Shown piece after piece: positions 42,573 through 51,066 of a stretch of 64,000 nucleotides of DNA (position 1 is the first letter of the stretch; the number at the start of each line of letters is the position of its first letter). The stretch is from Barnesiella sp. GTDB taxonomy: Bacteria > Bacteroidota > Bacteroidia > Bacteroidales > Muribaculaceae. The notes beneath the pieces are model-generated. The model had not been told where the DNA came from and ran no database searches. It saw only the letters and a list, made by a program, of their open reading frames with translations. The stretch is taken from the NCBI GenBank assembly GCA_014800945.1, contig JAAVFD010000031.1, positions 2,093-66,092 on the forward strand, read 5' to 3'. Made by a program: the position numbers and the translations under genes.

Positions 42573-42994
42573 AGATTAGCCTTTATATATTGTTCATTCT
42601 CGCAGCATTTGTGCTTGCCGGAGCCGGATGCACTCGAAACAACGGTGATATAGGTTCATGGTTCGGTACTTGGCAGGTTGTTTCAATAACCTCCGGTGGT
42701 GGAAATGTGGAAAAATTACCATGCACCGTAATAGTAAAGTTTCAATCAGATATAATTCAGACCAGCGAGCAGTTTGACCATCACGAGTATAATGACTACT
42801 GGGCAAACTGGCGCAGAACCGGTGACACTCTTATTATTGACGGTGTGAAAAAGTCCATAGCTCCGGCTCTTAAATTACCTGGCAATTCGGTAGTTGAGCT
42901 TGAAATTGTTCAGGCTCCGGGCTCTGTGATGGTATGGCGGTATATGGATAGCGAAGGGAACGCGACAGAGTATAATCTCAAACGGCTTTATTGA
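42569..42994 (+). CDS. Lipocalin-like domain lipoprotein
   Basis: Lipobox AGC, then NGDIGSWFGTWQV (GxW lipocalin motif); coupled to the Wzi-like gene. Confidence 0.7.
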   Translation: MKISLYILFILAAFVLAGAGCTRNNGDIGSWFGTWQVVSITSGGGNVEKLPCTVIVKFQSDIIQTSEQFDHHEYNDYWANWRRTGDTLIIDGVKKSIAPALKLPGNSVVELEIVQAPGSVMVWRYMDSEGNATEYNLKRLY

Positions 42995-42996
42995 TT

Positions 42997-44433
42997 ATGA
43001 AAGAATCACTGCAGTTAAACCAAAAACAAAAATTGCATCAGGTGCTGTCACCGCTTCAGGTGCAGTTTGTCAGGGTTCTTGAGATGAATGGTCCGGAGAT
43101 TGAAGATGCTGTGGAGCGTGAACTTGAAGAAAATCCCGCTCTTGAAGTGGATAGCGATACCCCTCCGGCTGATTCAGATGATAATACATTCAACGAAACT
43201 GCTGAAGATATACAGCTCGCTGATTTCCGTAGCGAGGACGATATTCCCTCCTACCGGTTTGAAGCACACAATCATAGTGCGGAAGATCGGGCATTTGAAC
43301 CGGTGGCTGTGCAGGGAGGCGGGTCGCTTATGGAGCAGCTTAACAGCCAGCTCGCTCAGATGAATTTAACGGATAAGCAGTTGCGCATAGCTCACATTAT
43401 AACCGGCAATCTTGATGATAACGGTTATATGACACGCTCAATCAATGCGATAGCTGACGACGCTGCTATTAATGAAGGAATAGACACCAACCCGCAGGAG
43501 GTCAGGGAGGTGTGGGAAATGGTGCGCACTCTTGAACCGACCGGAGTGGGTGCGGTTGACCTGAGAGACTGCCTGTTGCTGCAACTTAAAGCCAAACCGC
43601 AGACTCAGGATGTGAAAGTGGCACGGGAGATAGTGGAGCACAATTTTGATCTTCTCAGCCGTATGGATTTCAGTAAATTGCGCAGGGCTCTAAAAGTAAA
43701 TGAGGAGCAACTGCGTGATGCCATGGGAGTTATCCGCTCACTTGACCCTAAGCCCGGTGGAGCATCGTTGCCCGGTGAATCAGGTGAGGAAAAAATGCGC
43801 CATATAACTCCTGATTTTGTTGTTGAAAATGAGGGTGGTGTGCTAAATCTGATAATTCCTAACAGAATCCCGGCACTTCAGGTTGAGAAAAGTTTTGCTG
43901 ATGCTGATGTGGAGATATCAGAAGCCACTCCGGAGAGGCAAGCTGAGGCGAAAGCGTTTATAAGAAGCAGGCGTGAAGATGCGGCGAGCTTTATTAAGGC
44001 GCTAGGCATGAGAAACGAAACTCTTACAAGGGTTATGTCCGCAATCATGAAAATTCAACGGCAGTTTTTTCTAACCGATGACGAGCATACACTCAAGCCT
44101 ATGATTCTAAAGGATATTTCGGAACTGACAGGCTATGATATATCGGTAGTTAGCCGTGCCACTTCCGGTAAGTATGTCGCTACCCGTCAGGGAATATACC
44201 CGCTGAAGTTCTTTTTCAGTGAACGTCCCAAGGAGAATTCCGATACCTCCTCTCATGAGGTTATGGCTGCGCTGAAATCTCTCATCGACGGTGAAAATAA
44301 AAAAAATCCGCTCAGTGATGAGGCGATTGCTGAATCGTTGAAATCGCAGGGCTATGATATAGCACGGAGAACTGTTGCGAAGTACCGCGAAAAGGCAGGA
44401 ATCCCGGTGGCAAGATTAAGAAGAAATGTTTAA
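42997..44433 (+). CDS. rpoN: RNA polymerase sigma-54 factor
   Basis: LSPLQVQ, ELEENPALE, GNLDDNGY, PLSDE, RpoN box ARRTVAKYRE. Confidence 0.96.
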   Translation: MKESLQLNQKQKLHQVLSPLQVQFVRVLEMNGPEIEDAVERELEENPALEVDSDTPPADSDDNTFNETAEDIQLADFRSEDDIPSYRFEAHNHSAEDRAFEPVAVQGGGSLMEQLNSQLAQMNLTDKQLRIAHIITGNLDDNGYMTRSINAIADDAAINEGIDTNPQEVREVWEMVRTLEPTGVGAVDLRDCLLLQLKAKPQTQDVKVAREIVEHNFDLLSRMDFSKLRRALKVNEEQLRDAMGVIRSLDPKPGGASLPGESGEEKMRHITPDFVVENEGGVLNLIIPNRIPALQVEKSFADADVEISEATPERQAEAKAFIRSRREDAASFIKALGMRNETLTRVMSAIMKIQRQFFLTDDEHTLKPMILKDISELTGYDISVVSRATSGKYVATRQGIYPLKFFFSERPKENSDTSSHEVMAALKSLIDGENKKNPLSDEAIAESLKSQGYDIARRTVAKYREKAGIPVARLRRNV

Positions 44434-44445
44434 CATCGCATAATT

Positions 44446-45057
44446 ATGAAAAAAATCAGCCAAATATTATCCACAGTATTTTCCCCTCTGTTTGTCCCTT
44501 CTTATGGGGTTGCGATTGCTTTTTGGTGCACAATGCTGTCCTTAACTCCGCTCGGCATAAGGTGGCGTCTGCTCCTCGGCGTTTTTGGAATCACCTGTCT
44601 TATTCCTGCATTATTGATATTCGGTATGCACCGCGCCGGAATGATTAAGGATCCGGGGTTGAATAACCGCACCGAGCGTACGATACCTTATATCCTCACT
44701 GCGCTGAGTTATGCAGCTTCGGCATGGATTCTTGCTAATGCTAAAGCACCGACATGGCTTTGGCTGTTTATGATAGGTGGACTTGCAGCTGTGGCTGTTA
44801 ACGCTATAGTGAACCGCTGGTGGAAAATCAGTGCGCATCTCGCTGCAATGGGTGGTCTTGTTGCACTGACATTCCGCATAGTAATGAGCCACATAGTAAT
44901 GCCCGGATTCCCTTTTATGTGGATTGTTATTGCTGCTGTTCTGGCTGCCGGTGCGGTTGGCACGGCGCGTGTGTATCTCGACAGGCATACCGTCGGGCAG
45001 GTTGGCGCCGGATTTCTTAACGGTTTTTTGTGTGTATTTTTAGTAACTGCATTTTAA
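44446..45057 (+). CDS. PAP2-superfamily membrane protein
   Basis: Multiple TM helices, KISAH and ARVYLDRHT..QV motifs. Confidence 0.7.
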   Translation: MKKISQILSTVFSPLFVPSYGVAIAFWCTMLSLTPLGIRWRLLLGVFGITCLIPALLIFGMHRAGMIKDPGLNNRTERTIPYILTALSYAASAWILANAKAPTWLWLFMIGGLAAVAVNAIVNRWWKISAHLAAMGGLVALTFRIVMSHIVMPGFPFMWIVIAAVLAAGAVGTARVYLDRHTVGQVGAGFLNGFLCVFLVTAF

Positions 45058-45069
45058 TATAAAGTTGAT

Positions 45070-45576
45070 ATGAAACCACTTGTAAGTATAATTATGGGTA
45101 GTACCTCCGATCTGCCCGTTCTAAGCAAAGCGGCTGATTTTCTTGAAAAAATGGAGGTGCCGTTTGAAATGAACGCTCTCTCGGCTCACCGCACTCCTCA
45201 TGAAGTGGAGGAATTTGCTACCGGAGCGCAGGCGCGCGGTCTTAAAGTTATTATTGCTGCAGCAGGCATGGCGGCTGCTCTGCCGGGAGTTATAGCAGCG
45301 ATGACACCGCTGCCTGTTATCGGTATTCCTATCAATTCAACTCTTTCCGGTACTGATGCCTTGCTGAGTATCGTGCAGATGCCTCCCGGCATATCTGTTG
45401 CAACAGTGGGTATTAATGCGGCGATGAATGCAGCTGTAATGGCCGTACAGATTCTAAGCCTTAGTGATGAGGCTCTCGCAAAACGTTTCGCTGCTTACAG
45501 AGAGAGTCTGAAAGATAAAATTGTGAAAGCGAATAAGGAACTAACTGAAATTAAATACAATTTCAAGACAAACTGA
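45070..45576 (+). CDS. purE: N5-carboxyaminoimidazole ribonucleotide mutase
   Basis: IIMGSTSD, SAHRTP, AGMAAALPG, IVQMPPG. Confidence 0.96.
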   Translation: MKPLVSIIMGSTSDLPVLSKAADFLEKMEVPFEMNALSAHRTPHEVEEFATGAQARGLKVIIAAAGMAAALPGVIAAMTPLPVIGIPINSTLSGTDALLSIVQMPPGISVATVGINAAMNAAVMAVQILSLSDEALAKRFAAYRESLKDKIVKANKELTEIKYNFKTN

Positions 45577-45594
45577 TAATCTTTTTTTTCGGAA

Positions 45595-47277
45595 ATGGGA
45601 GTATTTGACTACAAGCGAAGGCACACAACTGAAGTAAAGGTCGGTAATACAGCAATTGGCGGTGGCAATCCGGTGCGTATTCAGTCTATGACCAATACCT
45701 CTACAATGGATACTCAGGGTAGTGTGGCTCAGTGCGAACGAATCAGCTCTGCCGGCGCTGATATCGTACGACTCACTGCTCAAGGTGTGCGCGAGGCTGA
45801 GAATATCGGTAGAATACGTTCTGAACTCAGGGAGAACGGTTTTGATATTCCTTTGGTAGCAGACATACATTTTAATCCCAAGGCGGCGTTTGAGGCGGCG
45901 AAGCAAGTTGATAAAGTGCGTATCAATCCGGGTAATTTTGTGGATCCCGGGCGTACTTTCCGAAAAATAGCATATACGGATGAGGAGTATGCCGAAGAAC
46001 TTCGCAAGATTGATGATGCTCTGACACCTTTTCTTGATTTGTGTCGCACCAATGGCACGGCTGTTAGGATAGGAGTTAATCATGGCTCGCTCAGCGATAG
46101 AATAATGAGCCGTTACGGTGACACACCCGCCGGAATGGTGGAGAGTGCTATGGAATTTCTCCGCGTTTGTGTGAAAAGAAATTTTACCGATGTTGTAATT
46201 TCTATCAAGGCATCCAATGTACGTATTATGGTGGAAACCGTAAGGCGTCTTGTGCAGGCTATGGATGCCGAAAATATGCATTTCCCTCTTCATCTGGGTG
46301 TTACCGAAGCAGGTGACGGCGAGGACGGCAGGGTGAAGTCGGCGGTTGGAATCGGCACTTTGCTTGCTGAAGGAATTGGTGATACGATAAGAGTGTCACT
46401 TAGTGAACCGCCTGAAAACGAGGTGCCTGTGGCAAAATTCCTTGCTGACTATATTGCATCCTGGACCACTGCACATGCTATTGATGGTGAGTTTTATGAT
46501 GGATTTGATGCTGTTAACCCGCAAAGGCGTCATTCGGTATCGGTTGATAGTATTGGCGGTACGGAAGTACCGGTAGTTATTGGCACCGACAGCAATGCTG
46601 AATATAATTCGGATAGTATTCCGGATAAGTTTGCTGACAAATGGTCCGGTTTTGTTGAACTCACAGCTCCTTGCTCAGATGAGCTGCTGCATTCTATTCC
46701 GGAAAATAAAGTTGTGGTTCTTACGTCTAACCACCCTAATTATCAGGCAGCTGTAAGTGCGACAATTCACCGGATGACCCGGCTTGGCATAGATAATCCG
46801 GTGGTGCTCAAGGTTTCTTATCAAGACACACCGGCTGATAAGGTAATGCTGAAAGCTGCGGTGGATTTGGGAGTGCCTGTAATGAACGGACTTGCTGACG
46901 GACTCTGGATAGAATCAGATTCCATGACTCCGGCTGAATTAAGTCACCTTGCTTTTGGAATTTTACAGAGTGCCCGACTCAGAATAACCAGAACAGAATA
47001 TATAGCTTGCCCCGGCTGTGGACGCACGCTGTTTAATCTTGAAAGTACTTTGAAAAAGGTTAAAGAAGCAACATCTTCCCTTAAGGGGCTGAAAATAGGA
47101 GTGATGGGCTGCATAGTTAACGGACCCGGTGAAATGGCGGATGCCGACTACGGCTACGTTGGTGCGGGAGTTGGCAAAGTGAGTCTTTATAAGGGCAAAG
47201 AATGTATTGAAAAAAATATCCCCGAACAGGAGGCTGTTAAAAAGCTGATAGGCTTTATTGAAAAAGATAGAAAATGA
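45595..47277 (+). CDS. ispG: 4-hydroxy-3-methylbut-2-en-1-yl diphosphate synthase
   Basis: IQSMTNT, VADIHF, RINPGN, RIGVNHGS, HLGVTEAG, CPGCGR, MGCIVNGPGE. Confidence 0.96.
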   Translation: MGVFDYKRRHTTEVKVGNTAIGGGNPVRIQSMTNTSTMDTQGSVAQCERISSAGADIVRLTAQGVREAENIGRIRSELRENGFDIPLVADIHFNPKAAFEAAKQVDKVRINPGNFVDPGRTFRKIAYTDEEYAEELRKIDDALTPFLDLCRTNGTAVRIGVNHGSLSDRIMSRYGDTPAGMVESAMEFLRVCVKRNFTDVVISIKASNVRIMVETVRRLVQAMDAENMHFPLHLGVTEAGDGEDGRVKSAVGIGTLLAEGIGDTIRVSLSEPPENEVPVAKFLADYIASWTTAHAIDGEFYDGFDAVNPQRRHSVSVDSIGGTEVPVVIGTDSNAEYNSDSIPDKFADKWSGFVELTAPCSDELLHSIPENKVVVLTSNHPNYQAAVSATIHRMTRLGIDNPVVLKVSYQDTPADKVMLKAAVDLGVPVMNGLADGLWIESDSMTPAELSHLAFGILQSARLRITRTEYIACPGCGRTLFNLESTLKKVKEATSSLKGLKIGVMGCIVNGPGEMADADYGYVGAGVGKVSLYKGKECIEKNIPEQEAVKKLIGFIEKDRK

Positions 47278-48332
47278 CTGTTAAGCCGGAATACATGGAG
47301 CGGGCGTTGAATATTGCGCGCAACGGACTTGGCAACGTAAGTCCGAATCCTATGGTGGGTGCGGTGATTGTTCATGAAAACCGAATAATAGGGGAAGGCT
47401 ATCACAGACAATACGGTGGCCCCCATGCCGAGGTTAACGCTATAGCTTCCGTGGCGGAGAAAGACAGAGAACTTTTGAAAGAAAGTACTATGTATGTGAC
47501 TCTTGAACCATGTTCACATTTTGGCAAAACTCCTCCCTGTGCTGACCTTATAATATCTACCGGTATTCCCAGAGTTGTAATCGGATGTCTTGATCCGTTT
47601 GTTAAAGTAAGCGGCAGAGGAGTGGCAAAGTTACGCGATGCCGGGGTAGAGGTGGTTACCGGAGTAATGGAAGGGGAGTGCCGAAAAATAAATAAAGTGT
47701 TTATGACAGCCCACACTCTTTCACGCCCGTTTGTTACTCTTAAATGGGCTCAGAGTCAGGACGGTTTTATGGGAGGAGTAAAAGACGGGATTAAGGTGCC
47801 GGTAAAATTCTCCACTCCCGAATCAGCTGCATTGGTACATGCAATGAGGGCGCGTCATGATGCAGTGCTAATAGGTGCGGAAACAGCTTTGAGCGACAAG
47901 CCGGCTCTGAATGTGAGATTGTTTTCCGGCAATAATCCTACAGTGGTAATAGTTGACCGAAGTGGTAGAGCATCCGCCGGTTGTTCAAATATTGAAAGTA
48001 GATTGCTGTATTATAGTTCGGTAAAGCCTTCTGCGCACAATGCCGAATGGATTGAATGTTCTCCACAGACTGCTATAGCCGATATACTGAAAGACTTGTA
48101 TAAACGGGGCATAACAAGTGTGCTGGTGGAGGGTGGTGGAGCGATACTCCGCTCGTTTATTGCAGAAAACTGCTATGATGAGGCAAGAGTGGAAATCGCT
48201 CCGGTAACATTGGGTGAAAACGGTGCTACTCCAGCTCCGGTTATTAATTATGCCCCATGCCGGGCAGAAAATTTCGGAGGCAATATAATTCTTAGCTATC
48301 AGAACAATCACAATAACAGTACTGTTTTATAA
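47274..48332 (+). CDS. ribD: Bifunctional riboflavin deaminase/reductase RibD
   Basis: PNPMVG, HAE, TLEPCSH...PPC, SVLVEGG. Confidence 0.95.
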   Translation: MTVKPEYMERALNIARNGLGNVSPNPMVGAVIVHENRIIGEGYHRQYGGPHAEVNAIASVAEKDRELLKESTMYVTLEPCSHFGKTPPCADLIISTGIPRVVIGCLDPFVKVSGRGVAKLRDAGVEVVTGVMEGECRKINKVFMTAHTLSRPFVTLKWAQSQDGFMGGVKDGIKVPVKFSTPESAALVHAMRARHDAVLIGAETALSDKPALNVRLFSGNNPTVVIVDRSGRASAGCSNIESRLLYYSSVKPSAHNAEWIECSPQTAIADILKDLYKRGITSVLVEGGGAILRSFIAENCYDEARVEIAPVTLGENGATPAPVINYAPCRAENFGGNIILSYQNNHNNSTVL

Positions 48333-48372
48333 GAGTAATTAATAACTCACAATTATATAAAACACTACTGTT

Positions 48373-48888
48373 ATGAAAAAATTTCTTTTGTCTCTCGCAG
48401 CCGTATTGGGTTTAGGATTTGCTGCTAATGCAATTGGTCCGAGCATTTATGTTGGTTACGGCGGTTACACTCAGATGGATGCCACCAATATGCATGATGG
48501 CGTAGGAAAAGTGAAAAATGCCTGGGGTGCTCTTAATGCAGGTGTTGACTTCAAGGTTCTTCCTAAGCTTAGTGTCGGTCCTTCATACTCATTCTCAAGC
48601 ACCACAACAAAAGGTAGCGACATCAATGTTTACTACCATGCAATTATGGTCAATGCCAAGTATGACTATATGAGCCTTGGAATGTTTAAGATGTATGCTC
48701 ACGTTGGTGCCGGTGCTGAAATTACCCATATCGGACTAAGAGACAGAGAAAAAAATAAAGGATACTTTGCATTTCAGGTGTCACCGATCTGTGTTTCGGC
48801 AGATGTGGCTAATAAAGTCGCTCTATTCGGAGAACTCGGCTTCGGTGCCCAGGGTCTTCTTAATGTAGGTGTGCGTCTCGGTCTATAA
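48373..48888 (+). CDS. Small outer-membrane beta-barrel protein
   Basis: Signal peptide, alternating beta-strands, C-terminal FGELGFGAQGLLNVGVRLGL. Confidence 0.75.
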   Translation: MKKFLLSLAAVLGLGFAANAIGPSIYVGYGGYTQMDATNMHDGVGKVKNAWGALNAGVDFKVLPKLSVGPSYSFSSTTTKGSDINVYYHAIMVNAKYDYMSLGMFKMYAHVGAGAEITHIGLRDREKNKGYFAFQVSPICVSADVANKVALFGELGFGAQGLLNVGVRLGL

Positions 48889-48898
48889 TAAATTGGCT

Positions 48899-49135
48899 AT
48901 GAGTGACAGACTAACTTACGAAGATAAGAAAGAGCTTCCGGACAGCGTTTTCGGCTTACCGGAACGCAGGGAGTATCCAATGCCGGATGCAGCCCATGTG
49001 CGCGCGGCAGAAGCATATTTCAGATATTGCCCGGAAGATTTGAAGCCTAAGCTGGCAAAGGCAATTCTTAGCCGCGCTAAAGAATTCGGTGTGGATGTGC
49101 AGAGTCCCGCCGTTCTTCAGGCTGCAGGCAAATAA
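48899..49135 (+). CDS. Small hypothetical protein (DUF6582-like)
   Basis: 78 aa, LPDSVFGLPERREYPMPDAAHVRAA...AKEFGV. The pattern is recalled for DUF6582, not searched. ATG 48899 lies 10 nt after the OMP stop. Confidence 0.65.
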   Translation: MSDRLTYEDKKELPDSVFGLPERREYPMPDAAHVRAAEAYFRYCPEDLKPKLAKAILSRAKEFGVDVQSPAVLQAAGK

Positions 49136-49155
49136 TATTGGATTAAAATACTATA

Positions 49156-49200
49156 GGTCACCGTTCAATAAGCCTTAAGGTACTTTGAGCGGTGACTTTT
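49156..49200 (+). terminator. Intrinsic terminator
   Basis: GGTCACCGTTCAA...TTGAGCGGTGACT stem followed by TTT. Confidence 0.75.
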
Positions 49201-49267
49201 CATTGGATTGGGAATAATATTTAACTTTGCACATAACTAAATCCTCCGGGGATTAAATTTGCAGCAA

Positions 49268-50908
49268 ATGAAAAATCTATTTATATTCCTTTTAGTGTGT
49301 GTAGGGCTGATTTCCTGTTATCGTTCACAGTCATATTATAGCGACGTAATAAATAGTGCAGAAGAGATAATGATTGATTATCCAGACAGCGCTTTATCTA
49401 TAATAGCTATTATTGATCCGACAGAGTTGACAATAGATTCGTTAAAAGCGAAATACTATTATGTAAGAGCAACAGCTCATGATAATCAAGAATATCCGGA
49501 TCTGTCAGATTCATTGGTGAGTTTTTCTGTTGAATTCTATAGAGATAAGGATTTAGAGCGGAGCATTAACAGCACAACCTTGCTGGCTCTTAACAAGTAT
49601 TGGATGGGAGAAAACAAAGCTGCATTGCAAATTCTCGATTCATTGACTTTGTTGGAAAATATTCCGGATAGCTTGTTGATAAATCCACTGAGAGCAAAAG
49701 CAAATATATCTGCTGATTTATTGAGAGACAATTCCGGAGAAGAGACATTGCGGCGATTGATGGATATTGATAGGGATACCGGATGGAATAGCCAATATAA
49801 ATACTGGCTGTACATAGATTATCTTTATAATAGCAAACACGATTCAGCACTTTTAGTGTTAGATGAAATTATTGATTGTTTTGATGAGATGTCCCCAGCA
49901 AGAATCACGTGCGAATATGAAAAAATCGGGGTGCTGGAGGAATTGGGAAGATACACTGAAAGTATGAATCTGATAGATAAATTCCTTTCAGATGACTCGG
50001 GCTTAGCTCCTCCGGCTCATTATCTCTATTTATGGAAGTCGCTATGCTTGTTTAATATGGGGCGGTTTGATGAGTCTGTTAAGGCTTTGGAGATAGTGGA
50101 TAGTTTGACTGAAGGAATAGCTGAGAGCGACAAAGGATATTTCAATAGTTTTACTTTCCTGATTAAAACGGCGTTTGACTATCATAGAACCGGAAAACTG
50201 AGCCCGATTCTTATGGCCAAAATTATTAATATCCGTAATGGAGCTTTATTACGGAATCAGGTTATTCAGCAGGAAACGAGACATAGTGCGCTTGAGATAG
50301 AAAACAAAAGGTTGATTCTTAAAGCTAAGAACGATACTAAGAATTTGATAATCGTAATAATAATTCTTCTTGCACTGATTATTACTTGTGCCTTATTGTG
50401 GTTTGCAAGAAATAGAAGGAGAAAGGAGTTGGAAGCGGTAGAGCGTTCCGAAGTCTTACAGGAATTAGTGGATGAGCTAAATAATTCCGATGCCAAACTG
50501 GCACAACATGAAGCATTGCGTCGTGCTATGCTTCAACAACTGGGTATAATCAAGCTGGTTGCCGAGACTCCTACCGAACAGAACCGGGAGATGCTAAGGA
50601 AAATATCTTCTATTGACAGTAAACATGGTGATTCCATTGTAAACTGGGATAATGTTCACGATATTATTGACAATTTATATGCCGGATTCTATTCCGGGTT
50701 GCACAGGCATTTTGGTGAGGTTCTCACTGAAAAGGAGGAGCAGATAATCGTGCTTATGCTTGCCGGTTTCTCTACCAAGGAAATCAGTGTCCTCACTTCG
50801 CAGACAACAGCTACTATATATGTCCGCAAATCCGCTATAAGGAAGAAACTCGGAGTGCCTGAGAAGGACGATATCATAGCTTTCCTTCGTCAGAAAGGTT
50901 CAATTTGA
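49268..50908 (+). CDS. Membrane-spanning one-component regulator (periplasmic TPR-like region, TM helix, LuxR-type HTH)
   Basis: MKNLFIFLLVCVGLISC signal/lipobox, helical repeats, TM LIIVIIILLALIITCALLW, C-terminal LTEKE...GFSTKEIS...TIYVRKSAIRKKLG. A -7 box TAACTTTG lies at 49222-49229. Confidence 0.82.
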   Translation: MKNLFIFLLVCVGLISCYRSQSYYSDVINSAEEIMIDYPDSALSIIAIIDPTELTIDSLKAKYYYVRATAHDNQEYPDLSDSLVSFSVEFYRDKDLERSINSTTLLALNKYWMGENKAALQILDSLTLLENIPDSLLINPLRAKANISADLLRDNSGEETLRRLMDIDRDTGWNSQYKYWLYIDYLYNSKHDSALLVLDEIIDCFDEMSPARITCEYEKIGVLEELGRYTESMNLIDKFLSDDSGLAPPAHYLYLWKSLCLFNMGRFDESVKALEIVDSLTEGIAESDKGYFNSFTFLIKTAFDYHRTGKLSPILMAKIINIRNGALLRNQVIQQETRHSALEIENKRLILKAKNDTKNLIIVIIILLALIITCALLWFARNRRRKELEAVERSEVLQELVDELNNSDAKLAQHEALRRAMLQQLGIIKLVAETPTEQNREMLRKISSIDSKHGDSIVNWDNVHDIIDNLYAGFYSGLHRHFGEVLTEKEEQIIVLMLAGFSTKEISVLTSQTTATIYVRKSAIRKKLGVPEKDDIIAFLRQKGSI

Positions 50909-50987
50909 AACTCATTTGGAAAGATTAAGTAGGTATTTAGATTTTTGATAGATATTGTAGTTGGTAATCAGGGTTTTATTGGTTGTA

Positions 50988-51036
50988 TGTTAAGAGTTTT
51001 ATCTTTGGTGTTAAGATGGGTTTAGCTATATTTTTG
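50988..51036 (+). promoter_or_regulatory. Phased direct repeats (TGTTAAGA x2) and -7 box upstream of the beta-barrel gene
   Basis: TGTTAAGA at 50988-50995 and 51009-51016 (21-bp period); TATTTTTG at 51029-51036. Confidence 0.5.
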
Positions 51037-51066
51037 CGATATGAAATCAATAAATAATATCGCAAA

